This document shows, piece after piece, positions 63,862-64,000 of a stretch of DNA of 64,000 bases. The stretch lies in IMG/VR virus record IMGVR_UViG_3300037516_001783, positions 1-64,000 of that record. One strand, given 5' to 3'. The notes under the pieces were generated by a model. That model did no database searches. It was not told where the DNA came from and was given only the letters and a program-made list of their open reading frames with translations. A program made the position numbers and the translations under genes. Each line of letters opens with the position of its first letter. Positions within the stretch are counted from its first letter, which is position 1. This DNA comes from a virus.

Positions 63862-64000
63862 TTAACTTTTAATTTCTTCGATTGTATAAGTACAACCTTT
63901 TTCGTCACAATCAGAAATTACTTTAAATTTCCTCCCTCTTGATTCAATAACTTCTTGACCTTTAATAACAGCAAGACTTGTGAATTCAAATATTTCTGAT
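63862..64000 (-). CDS. C-terminal end of a hypothetical protein (runs off the window end)
   Basis: Open frame ...SEIFEFTSLAVIKGQEVIESRGRKFKV...EEIKS*. Confidence 0.45.
   Translation of the reverse strand, partial: SEIFEFTSLAVIKGQEVIESRGRKFKVISDCDEKGCTYTIEEIKS

Noticed and set aside
1-64000. Stop-codon reassignment (alternative genetic code)
   Set aside because: Coding density is high under the standard bacterial code, long conserved genes are intact, and TAG, TGA and TAA all end genes normally.
1-64000. CRISPR array, diversity-generating retroelement, integrase or IS element
   Set aside because: No regularly spaced repeats, reverse transcriptase, integrase or transposase seen. The repeated cargo modules differ at synonymous sites rather than by adenine-specific changes, as far as can be judged by eye.

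Overview
An AT-rich (about 30% GC by eye) 64-kb segment of a large, probably lytic myovirus genome. Nearly all genes are on the minus strand. The virion module has Herelleviridae (SPO1/Twort/A511)-like proteins and gene order: portal, prohead protease/scaffold, major capsid protein, neck, sheath, tube, chaperones, tape measure, hub, baseplate and fibres. The host signals point to Gram-negative Bacteroidota: TAnnTTTG promoters, no Shine-Dalgarno sequences, a GH73 endolysin with a candidate unimolecular spanin, and an OmpA-type domain. Flanking genes encode a UvsW-like helicase, a MazG-like pyrophosphatase, a 5'-3' exonuclease, a DNA ligase, a 5hmdU-DNA kinase-like protein plus a glycosyltransferase (candidate DNA hypermodification), and many small hypothetical proteins. 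The most notable feature is a ~12-kb array between the portal and the prohead protease. It encodes mosaic proteins built from shuffled modules: leaders with repeated [LIVF]xK-[S/A/G] protease-type sites, a shared K-A-F-[DN]-x-hydrophobic tag at either terminus, a basic hairpin motif, and an SH3/KOW-like domain. These modules are fused to different enzymatic payloads (AAA+ ATPases, Nudix, GNAT-like, papain-like). A WYL protein elsewhere in the window ends in the same tag. I infer a modular capsid-cargo system for packaged and possibly injected effectors. Other observations are a candidate late promoter (AACAGTTAT), a kissing-loop RNA leader in front of a GIY-YIG endonuclease, and a tRNA-like element with no anticodon loop. 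All function calls come from motif recognition by eye; no searches were run.
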